Below, piece by piece: positions 42,021 to 51,946 of a stretch of 64,000 nt of DNA. Position 1 is the first letter of the stretch, and each line of letters starts with the position of its first letter. The DNA is from Gemmatimonadota bacterium (GTDB lineage: Bacteria > Gemmatimonadota > Gemmatimonadetes > Longimicrobiales > Gaopeijiaceae), in NCBI GenBank assembly GCA_034521595.1, contig JAXHMG010000003.1, positions 2,016,001 through 2,080,000 on the forward strand, read 5' to 3'. The translations under genes were made by a program, and so were the position numbers. The notes beneath the pieces are model-generated. The model was not told the origin of the DNA. It worked only from the letters and a program-made list of their open reading frames with translations, and did not search any database.

Positions 42021-42073
42021 TGCATGTTTATGCAGTGAGACAGTATTTTATCACGACCCTCCGGTGCCGGCAA
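42021..42073 (-). promoter_or_regulatory. rocD promoter with an ARG-box-like palindrome
   Basis: TTGCCG-17-TAAAAT with extended -10 TG (42045-42073); TGCATAAACATGCA at 42021-42034. Confidence 0.6.
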
Positions 42074-43013
42074 CCGGGTCTTTCCGCCGCTCGTCCACTT
42101 CGAGGGTGAAGACGTCGGGCCGCGCATAGTGGCCCGTGACGTCGAAATCGAACTTGCCTCGGGCGATCGCATCGAGCTCCAACTCGGCGACGAGCAAGCC
42201 GTCACGGTCCCAGAGCGGACCAGCGACCAGCTCACCTTGCGGGTCGTAGATGACCGAGCCGCCACGCGAGAGCGGATCGGCCCGGTCGCCGAGCTCATCC
42301 TCCACATCGGCCAGATCCGCCGGGAACATGTCCCGGGTGCCATACTGATTGCACCCGAGCACGAAGCAGCGTCCTTCGACCGCGATGTGCCGGAGCGTGG
42401 AGATCCAGCGGTCGCGGGCGTCCGCGGTCGGCGCCACATAGATTTCCACCCCTTTCCCGTACATCGCCATCCGGGCGAGAGGCATGTAGTTTTCCCAGCA
42501 GATCAAGCCGCCCACCGTGCCGAACGGAGTCTCCACGGTCGTGAGCGTGCTTCCGTCCCCTTCGCCCCAGATGAGCCGCTCGGCGCCAGTGGGCTTGAGC
42601 TTGCGATGGATCCCGAGCAGGCTCCCGTCGGGCCCGATGTAGACGAGCGTGCAGTAGAGGGTTCCCCCGCTGTGCGCGCTGTCACGCTCGATCACACCCA
42701 CGCACAGGTACACGCCGGCCTCCCTCGCGATCTCCCCCAGCCGCTCGATCTCCGGCCCCGGAATGTCGACGGCCGAAGCCCAGTAACGGCCGAACATGCG
42801 CCGGCCGGCTTCGGAGCGCGCCCCGACCACCGAGCCGAAGCGCAGCCCCCACGGATACCCTCCGACGAACGCCTCGGGGAAGACGACCAGCTCGGCTCCC
42901 CGGCCCGCCGCATCCCGCGTGAGGGCGGCCACCCGCTCCACCGCTTCCGCGGAATCGAACGGCGCCCCCGCCGGCTGGGCGACGGCGACGGTCACGTGTG
43001 TAGCTCGCGGCAC
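42051..43013 (-). CDS. Nitrilase (carbon-nitrogen hydrolase)
   Basis: FPEAFVGGYP, HRKLKPT, LICWENYMPL catalytic E-K-C triad. Confidence 0.93.
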   Translation of the reverse strand: MPRATHVTVAVAQPAGAPFDSAEAVERVAALTRDAAGRGAELVVFPEAFVGGYPWGLRFGSVVGARSEAGRRMFGRYWASAVDIPGPEIERLGEIAREAGVYLCVGVIERDSAHSGGTLYCTLVYIGPDGSLLGIHRKLKPTGAERLIWGEGDGSTLTTVETPFGTVGGLICWENYMPLARMAMYGKGVEIYVAPTADARDRWISTLRHIAVEGRCFVLGCNQYGTRDMFPADLADVEDELGDRADPLSRGGSVIYDPQGELVAGPLWDRDGLLVAELELDAIARGKFDFDVTGHYARPDVFTLEVDERRKDPVAGTGGS

Positions 43014-43087
43014 CAGTGCTCCTCCTGAAAACGTGTGTGTTCGATATCACCTCGTGAGTGAGCGCCCGGCGGCCGAGCGCGCACTCA

Positions 43088-44044
43088 TCACCCACCGGAG
43101 TAGACCAGCTCGGTCACCACCTCGCCGACCAGCCCGAGGGTTTCGGCGCTCACGTGCTCCGGTACGTCGTCCGGCGTATGCCAGTAGGCGTGGTCCGGCC
43201 CGTATTCGAAGTCGATGATGTTCGCGGTCGGGAGGCCCGCTTCGATGAGGGGGATGTGGTCGTCCCCGACCTGCTCACCGACCCGGTCGGGGAAGGTCTC
43301 GGTGTAGCCCAGACGCTCCACCACCCGTCGAATCTTGCGCACGACCGTGGGCGCATACTGCGCGGAGTATCCCTCGATGGGAAAGAGGGGGTCGGCGTCG
43401 CCCACCATGTCGAGCAGGACTCCGTAGACGGGCCGCTCGTCCATGTCTTCGAGCTGCTCCGCGTACCGCTTGGCTCCGAGGAACATGTCCTCGCTTCCGG
43501 GCCCGTAGTCCTCTCCGTCGACCAGGAGAAGGTCGATCCCCATGGGCGGAGGCGCTTCCGCGAACAGGCTCGCGAGGTGGAGGAGGACGGCCGTTCCCGA
43601 AGCTCCGTCGTTCGCGCCCGGCACCGGCGTGTTCCGGAGTGAGGAGTCCGCCGCCTGATCGGACCGCGGACGGGTGTCCCAGTGGGCGAGAAACAGGATG
43701 CGGCGCGTCTCTTCCGGACGAAACCGCGCCAGCACGTTGGTCAACGTCAGCGTGTCCCCGGCTTCGGTCACGTGACCGAAGGTGTCGGCGACCACTTCCG
43801 GTGCGAGGGAGTCGAGGCGTCCAAGCATCCACTCGAGCTGCGCCCGGTGCCCCTCCGTACCGGGTACGCGCGGTCCGAACGCGACCTGCTCGCGCACGAG
43901 CTCCATCGCGGGCGCACCGTCGAACATGGGGCGTCCGGGCGTCGGGCCGGACGGCTCGGGCTCGCACCCGAGCAGCAGGGACGCGGCCGCGAGAAGGCTC
44001 GCAACGACGCTGTGCCGCGTCAGCCACCACCTCCGAGCCGTCAC
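43088..44044 (-). CDS. M28 family peptidase / glutaminyl-cyclase-like lipoprotein
   Basis: Lipobox LLGC; AHWDTRP, GANDGASG, DGEDYG, LDMVG, DDHIP, WHT. Confidence 0.88.
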   Translation of the reverse strand: MTARRWWLTRHSVVASLLAAASLLLGCEPEPSGPTPGRPMFDGAPAMELVREQVAFGPRVPGTEGHRAQLEWMLGRLDSLAPEVVADTFGHVTEAGDTLTLTNVLARFRPEETRRILFLAHWDTRPRSDQAADSSLRNTPVPGANDGASGTAVLLHLASLFAEAPPPMGIDLLLVDGEDYGPGSEDMFLGAKRYAEQLEDMDERPVYGVLLDMVGDADPLFPIEGYSAQYAPTVVRKIRRVVERLGYTETFPDRVGEQVGDDHIPLIEAGLPTANIIDFEYGPDHAYWHTPDDVPEHVSAETLGLVGEVVTELVYSGG

Positions 44045-44880
44045 CGAGAATCCAGCTCCTCGAGGTACTCCTCCGCTTCTTCCTGGAGATCGGAGTCGGG
44101 CGGATGCACCGCCGGAAGCTCGAGCACGCGGCGGTATACCGCCCTCGCCTCTTCGTCGCGGTCGCGCTTACGGTAGAGCTGCGCGAGATCGAACTGGAAG
44201 AGCACCAACTCCGGCCACGCCCGGGCCGCCGCCTCGAGGTGTTCCTCCGCGCGTTCCCAGCTCGCGTTGGAGAGCGCTTCGTTGCCCATGAAGAGCCGCC
44301 CCACCGCGCGCTCGAACCTGGAGAGGCTCATCACCTCGTAGCTCAACTTGCCCAGCAGGTTGTGTGCGCCGCCGTGAAGCGAATCCTGCGCGAGAATGGC
44401 GTGAGCGTCGTCGTAGACGCGCTGGGCGAGCTCGGTCGCGTAGCCCGGGGAGGCGTTCATCGCGCGGCGCCCGTATGCGGCTCCGCGCCAGTAGAGGGCG
44501 TCGACCCCGTCCGGCTCGAGCTCGACGGCCCGGTCCGCGAGCTCCATGGCCGGGTCGAGCCAGCGATTCTGGGGCCGCGAGCCCTCTTCCATCACGCCCA
44601 GGATGACGGCGGCACGGGCGGCGCGCCATAGAACGTCGTAGTCGTCGGGAACAGCATCGAGATGCTGCTCCAGGACCCGAAAGGACGCCGCGGGCTCTCC
44701 GTTGAAGTAGAGCGCGTCGGCCTCCTCGACCGGGCTCACCACGCCGGTCGGTACCCGCAGGTCGATGCCTGGGGGGCCGAAGGAGTCGTATCGCGGAGCG
44801 GTCTGGGCGAGTCCGGCCGCCGGCCACGCCACGAGGACAGCCGGTACGGCAGCACGAATGATAAGCTGGAACCTGTTCAT
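44041..44880 (-). CDS. Secreted TPR protein (RMD1-like)
   Basis: Signal peptide from MNRFQLII; TPR-like helices. Confidence 0.7.
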   Translation of the reverse strand: MNRFQLIIRAAVPAVLVAWPAAGLAQTAPRYDSFGPPGIDLRVPTGVVSPVEEADALYFNGEPAASFRVLEQHLDAVPDDYDVLWRAARAAVILGVMEEGSRPQNRWLDPAMELADRAVELEPDGVDALYWRGAAYGRRAMNASPGYATELAQRVYDDAHAILAQDSLHGGAHNLLGKLSYEVMSLSRFERAVGRLFMGNEALSNASWERAEEHLEAAARAWPELVLFQFDLAQLYRKRDRDEEARAVYRRVLELPAVHPPDSDLQEEAEEYLEELDSR

Positions 44881-45022
44881 GACGAGCCCTGATACCGGAA
44901 AGGCAGGCGAGGGGTCCGGGACCGTGCCGAACGAGGGCGAAAGCTTGCGGTGCCGCCGGCCGTCCGCCCATATGGAGGCAGTCCCGTCGCCACCTTCGTT
45001 GACCGCTTCCGCCGAGGCCTTC

Positions 45023-45994
45023 ATGCCGAACCGACCCCGTACTGCCTTCCTACGTGCCACGTGCCACGCCGCGGTCGTCACGCTCGCGGCCTCGGCGTGC
45101 GCGCCTGACGAGGACGAGACCGAGGCGCCGACGGATGACCGCGCGTCCGCGGCCGTTGTCGACGTCATCGCCCGTGACCTCACCCTGGTCGCCCCCGACA
45201 GCATCGCCCCCGGATGGACGACCTTCCGCTTCACGAACACCTCCCCCATGATCCACTTCGCCGTGGTGGAACGGATGCCGGACGGTATCGGCCTCGCCGA
45301 GCAACAAGCCGAGGTGGCCCCGGTCTTCCAGGACGGACTCGATCTCCTCGCCGCCGGCGAGGTGGACGCGGCGATGGCCACGTTCGGGAATCTTCCACCA
45401 TGGTTCGGCGAGATCGTCTTCATGGGCGGGCCCGGGCTCACCTCCCCCGGACGCACGAGCGAGGCGACCGTGCACCTCGAGCCCGGCCGATACCTCCTCG
45501 AGTGCTACGTGAAGACCGACGGAGTCTTCCACTCGTACAATCCCGAAGAGGGAGCCGACGGGATGGTGCACGAATTCGTGGTCGCGGGAGAGGCCTCGTC
45601 CGCACCCGAGCCGGAAGCAACCGTGCAACTCACCGTCTCGTCCGAGGGCGGCCTGACCATGCAAGGCGGACTGACGCCCGGTGCGCACACGATCGGGGTG
45701 GACTTCGAGGACCAGGTCGTGCACGAGAACTTCGTGGGACACGACGTGCACGTGGTCCGGCTCGACCCGGAAGCCGATCTCGACCGCCTCGAAGCGTGGA
45801 TGGACTGGACCCGTCCGGAAGGGCTCCAGTCCCCGGCCCCCCTGGAGTTCCTGGGCGGGACGAACGAGATGCCCGCGGGCACCACGGCGTACTTCACGGT
45901 CTCATTCGAGCCCGGCGACTATGCTTGGATCGCGGAGGTCCCCGGAGCATCCGGGAAAGGCATGCTGGTGCCGTTCGCCGTCCCGGAGGGTTGA
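45023..45994 (+). CDS. Lipoprotein with two cupredoxin-like domains
   Basis: Lipobox ASAC; GWTTFRFTN...H...LEPGRYLLEC...H...GM; a second degenerate repeat follows. Confidence 0.65.
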   Translation: MPNRPRTAFLRATCHAAVVTLAASACAPDEDETEAPTDDRASAAVVDVIARDLTLVAPDSIAPGWTTFRFTNTSPMIHFAVVERMPDGIGLAEQQAEVAPVFQDGLDLLAAGEVDAAMATFGNLPPWFGEIVFMGGPGLTSPGRTSEATVHLEPGRYLLECYVKTDGVFHSYNPEEGADGMVHEFVVAGEASSAPEPEATVQLTVSSEGGLTMQGGLTPGAHTIGVDFEDQVVHENFVGHDVHVVRLDPEADLDRLEAWMDWTRPEGLQSPAPLEFLGGTNEMPAGTTAYFTVSFEPGDYAWIAEVPGASGKGMLVPFAVPEG

Positions 45995-46004
45995 GGAGGG
46001 GGGC

Positions 46005-46529
46005 TCAGCCCGGCCCGATCTGCTGCGGTCCGGGCTCGCTCGGACCTTCGTCCCCGGTTCCTCCGAGCCCGGTCCAGCCCCGAACGATCGCGACGGCGAC
46101 CGCGATGCCGGTCAGCCCGACCGCCGCTCCGGTCTTCCGCCAATCCAGGGCGCGCGCCTCGAGCGTGAGCATCTCCTCGTTCCGCACCTCCACACGTTGC
46201 CGGAGCACCCGGCTCCCTTCACGCCCTTCGTGAACGCTCGTCGGCACGGCGATCACGACGCTCTCGGCGCCACGGTCTTCGACGCGTCCCTCCCATGCAC
46301 GGTCGGTCGATCCGAGCACGTCCTCGTATGCCTCGGCGAGGGACGCGTCGACCGTCACCCGGACGTCCTGACCGGGCGCGACCTCGGCCGGGCGGACCGC
46401 GCTGTACGAGTAGCACGCGGTCCCCGAGACGGCGAAGACGACCATCGCGAGGCCACGCACGGCCCCCGCGCCGGCCCGGCCTGCCCGCCGCGGCGGGCAG
46501 GCCGGGGAGCGCCTCTCGTGCATGCTCAC
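46005..46529 (-). CDS. Hypothetical lipoprotein
   Basis: GTAC-YSY lipobox; C-terminal hydrophobic helix; downstream of susD. Confidence 0.65.
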   Translation of the reverse strand: MSMHERRSPACPPRRAGRAGAGAVRGLAMVVFAVSGTACYSYSAVRPAEVAPGQDVRVTVDASLAEAYEDVLGSTDRAWEGRVEDRGAESVVIAVPTSVHEGREGSRVLRQRVEVRNEEMLTLEARALDWRKTGAAVGLTGIAVAVAIVRGWTGLGGTGDEGPSEPGPQQIGPG

Positions 46530-47887
46530 CCCGTCGGTGCCTCTTGGAAGTCCAAGGGCACATTCGGATTTTGCTGCCGCTCACCCCTGGGAATGGGGTA
46601 GCAGAGCGAGCGATCCGTCATGTCGTCGGTCGTGCCCGGCGTTCCCTCCTGGATCCACCGGCGCAGATCCCCGAGGCGACGTCCCTCGAGCCAGAGCTCG
46701 ATACCCCGCTCACGCTTCAGGTGCGTCCACGCCTCCTCGAGCGTATCGGCCTCCCATTCGGGAAGGGGCGAATCGTCATGATCGCTGCTCAGGCCGGTGC
46801 GCACCTCGTTGATGAGCTCCATCGCGCCCTCGCGGTCGTTCTCCCTGAGACGCGCCTCGGCTTCGATGAGCCGCATCTCGGTTCCCTTGGAGAGCGGATA
46901 GGGCGCGTCCAATGTCGGGTACTTCGTCTGAAAGAACCACGGGACCTGACCGATCCCCGTCACTTCGGCGTTGCCGAACGGAAAGTCCGGATCTTCGTCC
47001 CAGGATGTTCTCGGGTCGCCGGTTTCGAGGTAGTAATCCTCGTAGAAGGTGTTCCAAGTGGAATGGGCCCGCCACGGCGTGTTGGACGACCCGAAGAACA
47101 CACGATTGTACTGATCCTCCTCGAGGGTCGATGTCTCCAACTGGTGCACGAACGAGGTGGGGACTTCGTCCGCGTCCGCCACCGCGCCGGACCAATCGTC
47201 CAGCCAGATCCGGACCGAGGCCCGCCCGGCCCGGGCGGCCGTCACCACGTCGTCGAGCCCCGCTCCGGAGCCGACATCGATGGCTTCACTGAACGCCTCC
47301 TCGGCCCGTTCGAAGAACACCGCGCTGGGCTCGGGCTCGCCCCCGTCGATCACACCGTGGCACCAGTTCTCGCCCATGAGCCGGTAGGCATACCCCTGCC
47401 ACAGAAGCGCCCGTGCGGCGTTCGCATTGCTCGAGAACGAGTCTCCCAACCCTTCACGCAACCGACGGACGGCGTCGTCCGCCACCCACCGGGCGCGCTG
47501 TGTGTTGTTCCACTGGACGTCGACGTTGTCCGAGTCCAGGCGCCCGAGGTGCGCGTCGAAGGAGAACCCGGCGAACCCGGTCTGTCCCGCGAAGTGGAGC
47601 TCCCGGGTCACCACCGTCTGCTGATACGCGACCCGGTTGAATGCGGCCACGTACGCCAGGCCGATGGTGTTGACCAGCGCGGGCTGCGCCAACGGATCGT
47701 TCAAAAATTCGTCGGTGACGGGGCCCGGATTGGTGACGTCCAGGTCACAACCCCCCAGGGCCGACACGCCCATGGCGAGCATCAAGCTCGCCGTCACCCT
47801 GTTCTTCCTTCGCTCGGGTCGCCGTGACCGGGCCGAACGGCTCCGCCACCACGCCCCCTTCGACTCGAGTCCTCGTTCCATCTTCAT
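46526..47887 (-). CDS. RagB/SusD family nutrient-binding lipoprotein
   Basis: LGGC-DLDVTNP; EMRLIEAEA, ERGIELWLEGRRLGDLRRW, YPIPRGE...NPN. Confidence 0.9.
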   Translation of the reverse strand: MKMERGLESKGAWWRSRSARSRRPERRKNRVTASLMLAMGVSALGGCDLDVTNPGPVTDEFLNDPLAQPALVNTIGLAYVAAFNRVAYQQTVVTRELHFAGQTGFAGFSFDAHLGRLDSDNVDVQWNNTQRARWVADDAVRRLREGLGDSFSSNANAARALLWQGYAYRLMGENWCHGVIDGGEPEPSAVFFERAEEAFSEAIDVGSGAGLDDVVTAARAGRASVRIWLDDWSGAVADADEVPTSFVHQLETSTLEEDQYNRVFFGSSNTPWRAHSTWNTFYEDYYLETGDPRTSWDEDPDFPFGNAEVTGIGQVPWFFQTKYPTLDAPYPLSKGTEMRLIEAEARLRENDREGAMELINEVRTGLSSDHDDSPLPEWEADTLEEAWTHLKRERGIELWLEGRRLGDLRRWIQEGTPGTTDDMTDRSLCYPIPRGERQQNPNVPLDFQEAPTG

Positions 47888-47983
47888 GGAGTCACTTCCT
47901 CTGATCTATGTTCGTAGTGCGATAACGTCGTGTTGACCCCCAGGGGGGCCTCCGCCTTCGTGCGCTGCACGATCTTGCCCCCT

Positions 47984-50857
47984 CTACCAGTTGACCTGGA
48001 GCTGCGCGCTGAACCGCATCGGAGCCGGGATGTGCTCGCGTATGCGCCGAGAACCGCTCTCCGGTCCCCAATTCGACCCGCCCATCTCGGGGTCGAAGAG
48101 CTCCATGTCGGGATCCTTGTAGAGCCGGATGTTCCGCGCCGACAGGCTCAGGGTCGCGTCCGACGTACCAGGAATCCACGACGCCACAGGCGCGGTGAGC
48201 GAGATGTTACGAATCTTGAAGAAATCGGCCGGCGAGACGTTCCAATCGCTGCTCGAGGTCGACTGCCTGCAGCGGAGTCGGTCCCACGCCTTCACCTCAT
48301 CGTCACGACCTTCGTCCCAGAGCCGGTTGGCCTCGAGGCACACCGGCCACAAGGTGTTTCCGCGCCCGACCGCGGAGCTCGTCGGCCCGATGAGGCTATA
48401 GTGGCCGCCCTGGAACTCGCCGCGTGCGGAGAGGCCGATCCCGCCGGGGAGATCGAACGTGTTTCGGACTTGGAGAATGTGCGTCGGCCAAGCCGGTCCG
48501 TGGCAGAGATCGTCCGGATCCGTGGATACGACCGGCTCCGCCTGCTCGTGTGGATTCATGATCCGACGTGGCGTCCAGGTGCACAGGGGCTTGCCTTCCT
48601 CGATGCGCATGTCGTTCGACATGAACGGCGGCGCACCACCCATGTCGAGCACGCGGCTGTGGTTCGTGGACAAGCTCACCCCGGCATCCCAACCGAACGC
48701 CGGGCCCTCGAGGATCGACGCGTCCACGCTGAGCTCGATTCCGGAGTTGCGAAGCTTTCCGACGTTCTCGAGCTGGCTCGGCCAGTTCCCGTTGGACGGA
48801 ACCTGCTGCACGTCGAAGAGGGCGTCCTCGGTGACCTGCCGGTAATAGGTGAAGCTCGAAGAGATCCGGTCGTCCCAATGAGACGTCTCGAGACCCACCT
48901 CGGCCTCCTTGGTCCGTTCAGGGCCCAGGTTGGGGTTCCCGAGGTTGCGGGGTTGGAACGCCGAGCTTCCGGCGTAGCTCGCCGGGTCCCAGGTCCGTAC
49001 CGCGTCGAAAGCTCCGGGGGCCCGACCGGCGTGACCGTAGGCACCGCGGAGGCGGACACTGCCCCACGCGTCGGGCCAGAATTCCTCGTCCGACAACACG
49101 TAGGAGCCGCTCACCTTCGGGTAGGCCTGAAGGCCGAAGTCCGAACCGAAGGCGCTATTGCCGTCCACCCGCAGTCCGAGGGTGAGAAAGTACCGATCGG
49201 CGATGTCGAGCACGTTCTGCACGAACCCACCGGCCGTCACGACACGCTGTCGATTCTCCCAGGCCAACCGATTCGCACCGCTCGTCACCGTGGGCTCACC
49301 CGGTCCGGGCAAATCTTCCCCATAGCCCTCGACCTCGTTGCGTGTCTCCGTGACGCTCTGCGCCCCCCAGGAGAAGGTGCTGCGGAGCCCTGCCGGGAGA
49401 TCGAAGGCATAGCTGCCGACGTAGTCCGCGCTGAGCGTGCTCAACGTCCAACGCAGGTTGCCGACCGCGCCTCGCTCGAACAGGATGAACCCGAACCGAC
49501 GAACCTGGCGTCCTTCCCAGTTCGCGACGTCGTACCCGAGCGTGAACCGGTTCGAGAGGTTCCCGGCCGTGTGACGCGCGTTCAAGCCGGTGGTGAAGCG
49601 GGTGATGTCCTCGGTGATCTCGAACTCGAGGATCTGATCCAGGAACTCCTTGTCACCGCTCCCGAAGTAGTTCTGGTCCAACCTGTACGCGTTGAGCGCG
49701 AGCCCCTGCGCGTTGTTGCCCATCGAGGTGCGCTGGATGGCGTCGCTCGTGAACGAGGTATTCCACTGGACATTGAGGCCGGGCAGGGGCTCGAAGTCGA
49801 GGTTCCCCCGCACGCTGTAGCGCTCCTCCTTGTCGTTCGGAAGGACGGCCTGATTGTCCTCCATCGCTCCCGAGAGGAAGTACCCGAGGTCTCCGCTGCC
49901 GCCGCTGACGGACAGGCCATACTGCTGCCAGTGTCCATTTCCGAGCCACGGATCGATGTACAAGAACTCGGACTTTCGATCCTCCGCGCCGTACGTGGCC
50001 CCTTTCGGAGCGAACGGTTGAACTTTCGCGAAGCCCTGTCGCGTCTGCGCCGTCCACCGTGCGTCACCGGTCTGTCCCCGCTTGGTGAAGATCTGGATGA
50101 CCCCGGCGGACGCTTCCGTGCCGTAGAGTGTCGTGGCGGCCGGTCCCTTCACGATCTCGACCCGCTCGATGTTGTCGGGGTTGATATCGTTGATGGCGCT
50201 CGACGCCGTCGCGGCGCCCCGTCCGCTCATGGCGTCCCGGCCGTGCATGCTCGGATAGGCCTCTCCATACACGCGGACTCCGTCGACGTACACCAGGGGC
50301 TGACTTCCCATCGCCACGCTGACGTTGCCCCGCAGACGAATCTGCGAACCGGCCCCTATGGTCCCGCTGGTCTGCAGGATGTTGACGCCGGGCGCTTGGC
50401 CCTGGAGCGCACTCTCCACATTGACCATGGGCTCGGACATGCGGTCCATGTTCAGCTGCTCGACCGTGTTTCCGACCTCACGGCGGCGGGCCTGGCCCGC
50501 GGTACCGGTCACCACGATCTCGTCGAGCCCGAGGGCTTCGACGGGTAGGCTGAAGTCGACTTGGGTCGTCTCCTCGGCGCCCACCGTCACGGTTCGGCTC
50601 GCCGGTGTATAACCCAGGATCTCGGCGCGGAGGGTGTGCTCACCCGCCGGCACGTTGACCAGAATGAAGCGCCCCTGTGCATTGGTCAGCGTCCCGAGAT
50701 CGCCATCGGGGATGAAAACCTGGACCCCCGAGAGAGGTTGGCCGTTCGACTGGTCGACGACCGTGCCGGCCACGGTGCCGGAAGGCCCCTGCGCAACCGT
50801 GCCCAACGGGAAGAGCAGCAGGGATGAGAGAATTGAAAGGAACTGCAAAGATCGCAT
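47984..50857 (-). CDS. SusC/RagA family TonB-dependent receptor
   Basis: CarboxypepD-like N-domain, LDEIVVTG, PLVYVDGV, INPDNIERVEIVKGPAATTLYG, C-terminal W. Confidence 0.93.
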   Translation of the reverse strand: MRSLQFLSILSSLLLFPLGTVAQGPSGTVAGTVVDQSNGQPLSGVQVFIPDGDLGTLTNAQGRFILVNVPAGEHTLRAEILGYTPASRTVTVGAEETTQVDFSLPVEALGLDEIVVTGTAGQARRREVGNTVEQLNMDRMSEPMVNVESALQGQAPGVNILQTSGTIGAGSQIRLRGNVSVAMGSQPLVYVDGVRVYGEAYPSMHGRDAMSGRGAATASSAINDINPDNIERVEIVKGPAATTLYGTEASAGVIQIFTKRGQTGDARWTAQTRQGFAKVQPFAPKGATYGAEDRKSEFLYIDPWLGNGHWQQYGLSVSGGSGDLGYFLSGAMEDNQAVLPNDKEERYSVRGNLDFEPLPGLNVQWNTSFTSDAIQRTSMGNNAQGLALNAYRLDQNYFGSGDKEFLDQILEFEITEDITRFTTGLNARHTAGNLSNRFTLGYDVANWEGRQVRRFGFILFERGAVGNLRWTLSTLSADYVGSYAFDLPAGLRSTFSWGAQSVTETRNEVEGYGEDLPGPGEPTVTSGANRLAWENRQRVVTAGGFVQNVLDIADRYFLTLGLRVDGNSAFGSDFGLQAYPKVSGSYVLSDEEFWPDAWGSVRLRGAYGHAGRAPGAFDAVRTWDPASYAGSSAFQPRNLGNPNLGPERTKEAEVGLETSHWDDRISSSFTYYRQVTEDALFDVQQVPSNGNWPSQLENVGKLRNSGIELSVDASILEGPAFGWDAGVSLSTNHSRVLDMGGAPPFMSNDMRIEEGKPLCTWTPRRIMNPHEQAEPVVSTDPDDLCHGPAWPTHILQVRNTFDLPGGIGLSARGEFQGGHYSLIGPTSSAVGRGNTLWPVCLEANRLWDEGRDDEVKAWDRLRCRQSTSSSDWNVSPADFFKIRNISLTAPVASWIPGTSDATLSLSARNIRLYKDPDMELFDPEMGGSNWGPESGSRRIREHIPAPMRFSAQLQVNW

Positions 50858-51422
50858 GGGAGTGTCTCCGTATACTTGCGCTACAGCGATAGGGTTGAGC
50901 TCACCACTGTGCGGGGGATGCCCGAAGCGATCGCTTGGGCACGTCAGCCGGTATGGCGCGGGCCATGAGAGTACAGCGTGCTCCCACGGCATCCACAACC
51001 GGCCTGCTACCAGGCCAGATGTGTGGTCCGTCATCCCGCGAAGTGGCTTGTGATCCCGCGAAGCGGTGTTAGCGCTCGGTGGTCAGATCAGCGCTGAATG
51101 GGACATCGCCGGCCCCCGTCGATCGACGAGAGCGGCGTGTGCATACATCGGAGGGATCCCAGCGGAAACGTGTGTTGCTCACGCATTGTATAGCACGCTC
51201 CGTTGGTCATCGGAAAGAGAGGAGAACCCGACCTGTCGGTCGGTTCGTCCGGAGAGGTGAGATGGTACCACGGGTACGTGGGATGGTAAACCCCCTGCTT
51301 GCGGACCGACCCGATGCGACGCCTCTTCCACCCGCCACCATCCGGCTTCGTCACCCAGGAGGTTCATCGATGTCGATCCGTCGCCCCCGCGTTCCGGATC
51401 CCCACTCAGCCCGCCCGCGATC

Positions 51423-51872
51423 ATGAAGGATCCACGCGAGGGCACGCGTGCGACCCACGAACGCAAGATCAGCCGCATTCTCGAGACGCCGCTCTACGTG
51501 GCGGACATCGAGCGGGCCGCGCGGTTCTACGAAGACGTGCTCGGCTTGCGCCGGATGTCCACGGGAAATCGGCTGATCCCGATGGACGCGGGAGGCGGCA
51601 CCGTCCTCCTGATCTTCCTGCGTGGCGCCACCACGGAGGGATCGACCTTCCCCGGCGGATGGATTCCTCCGCACGACGGCAAGGGGCGCAGCCACTTCGC
51701 GTTCGCCATCGACCCGGACGACGTGGAGGGCTGGCGTGAGCAGTTGGGGCGAAGCGGCATCGAGATCGAGAGCGAGGTCAGGTGGCCCCGTGGCGGGACG
51801 AGCCTCTACATCCGGGATCCGGACGGGCACTCGGTGGAGCTGGCCACGCCCGGGGTGTGGCCGGTGTATTGA
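51423..51872 (+). CDS. VOC/glyoxalase family protein
   Basis: ILETPLYVAD, FYEDVLGL, HFAF, SLYIRDPDGHSVEL. Confidence 0.9.
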   Translation: MKDPREGTRATHERKISRILETPLYVADIERAARFYEDVLGLRRMSTGNRLIPMDAGGGTVLLIFLRGATTEGSTFPGGWIPPHDGKGRSHFAFAIDPDDVEGWREQLGRSGIEIESEVRWPRGGTSLYIRDPDGHSVELATPGVWPVY

Positions 51873-51873
51873 T

Positions 51874-51920
51874 ATGACGGAGGGCGGTGCCTTTCCCCGA
51901 AACGCACCGCCCTCCGCCAT
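51874..51920. terminator. Hairpin between the convergent VOC gene and nrdJ
   Basis: CGGAGGGCGGTGC/GCACCGCCCTCCG stem. Confidence 0.55.
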
Positions 51921-51946
51921 TCCGCTCGAGTGCCGCTAAGGCGCCC

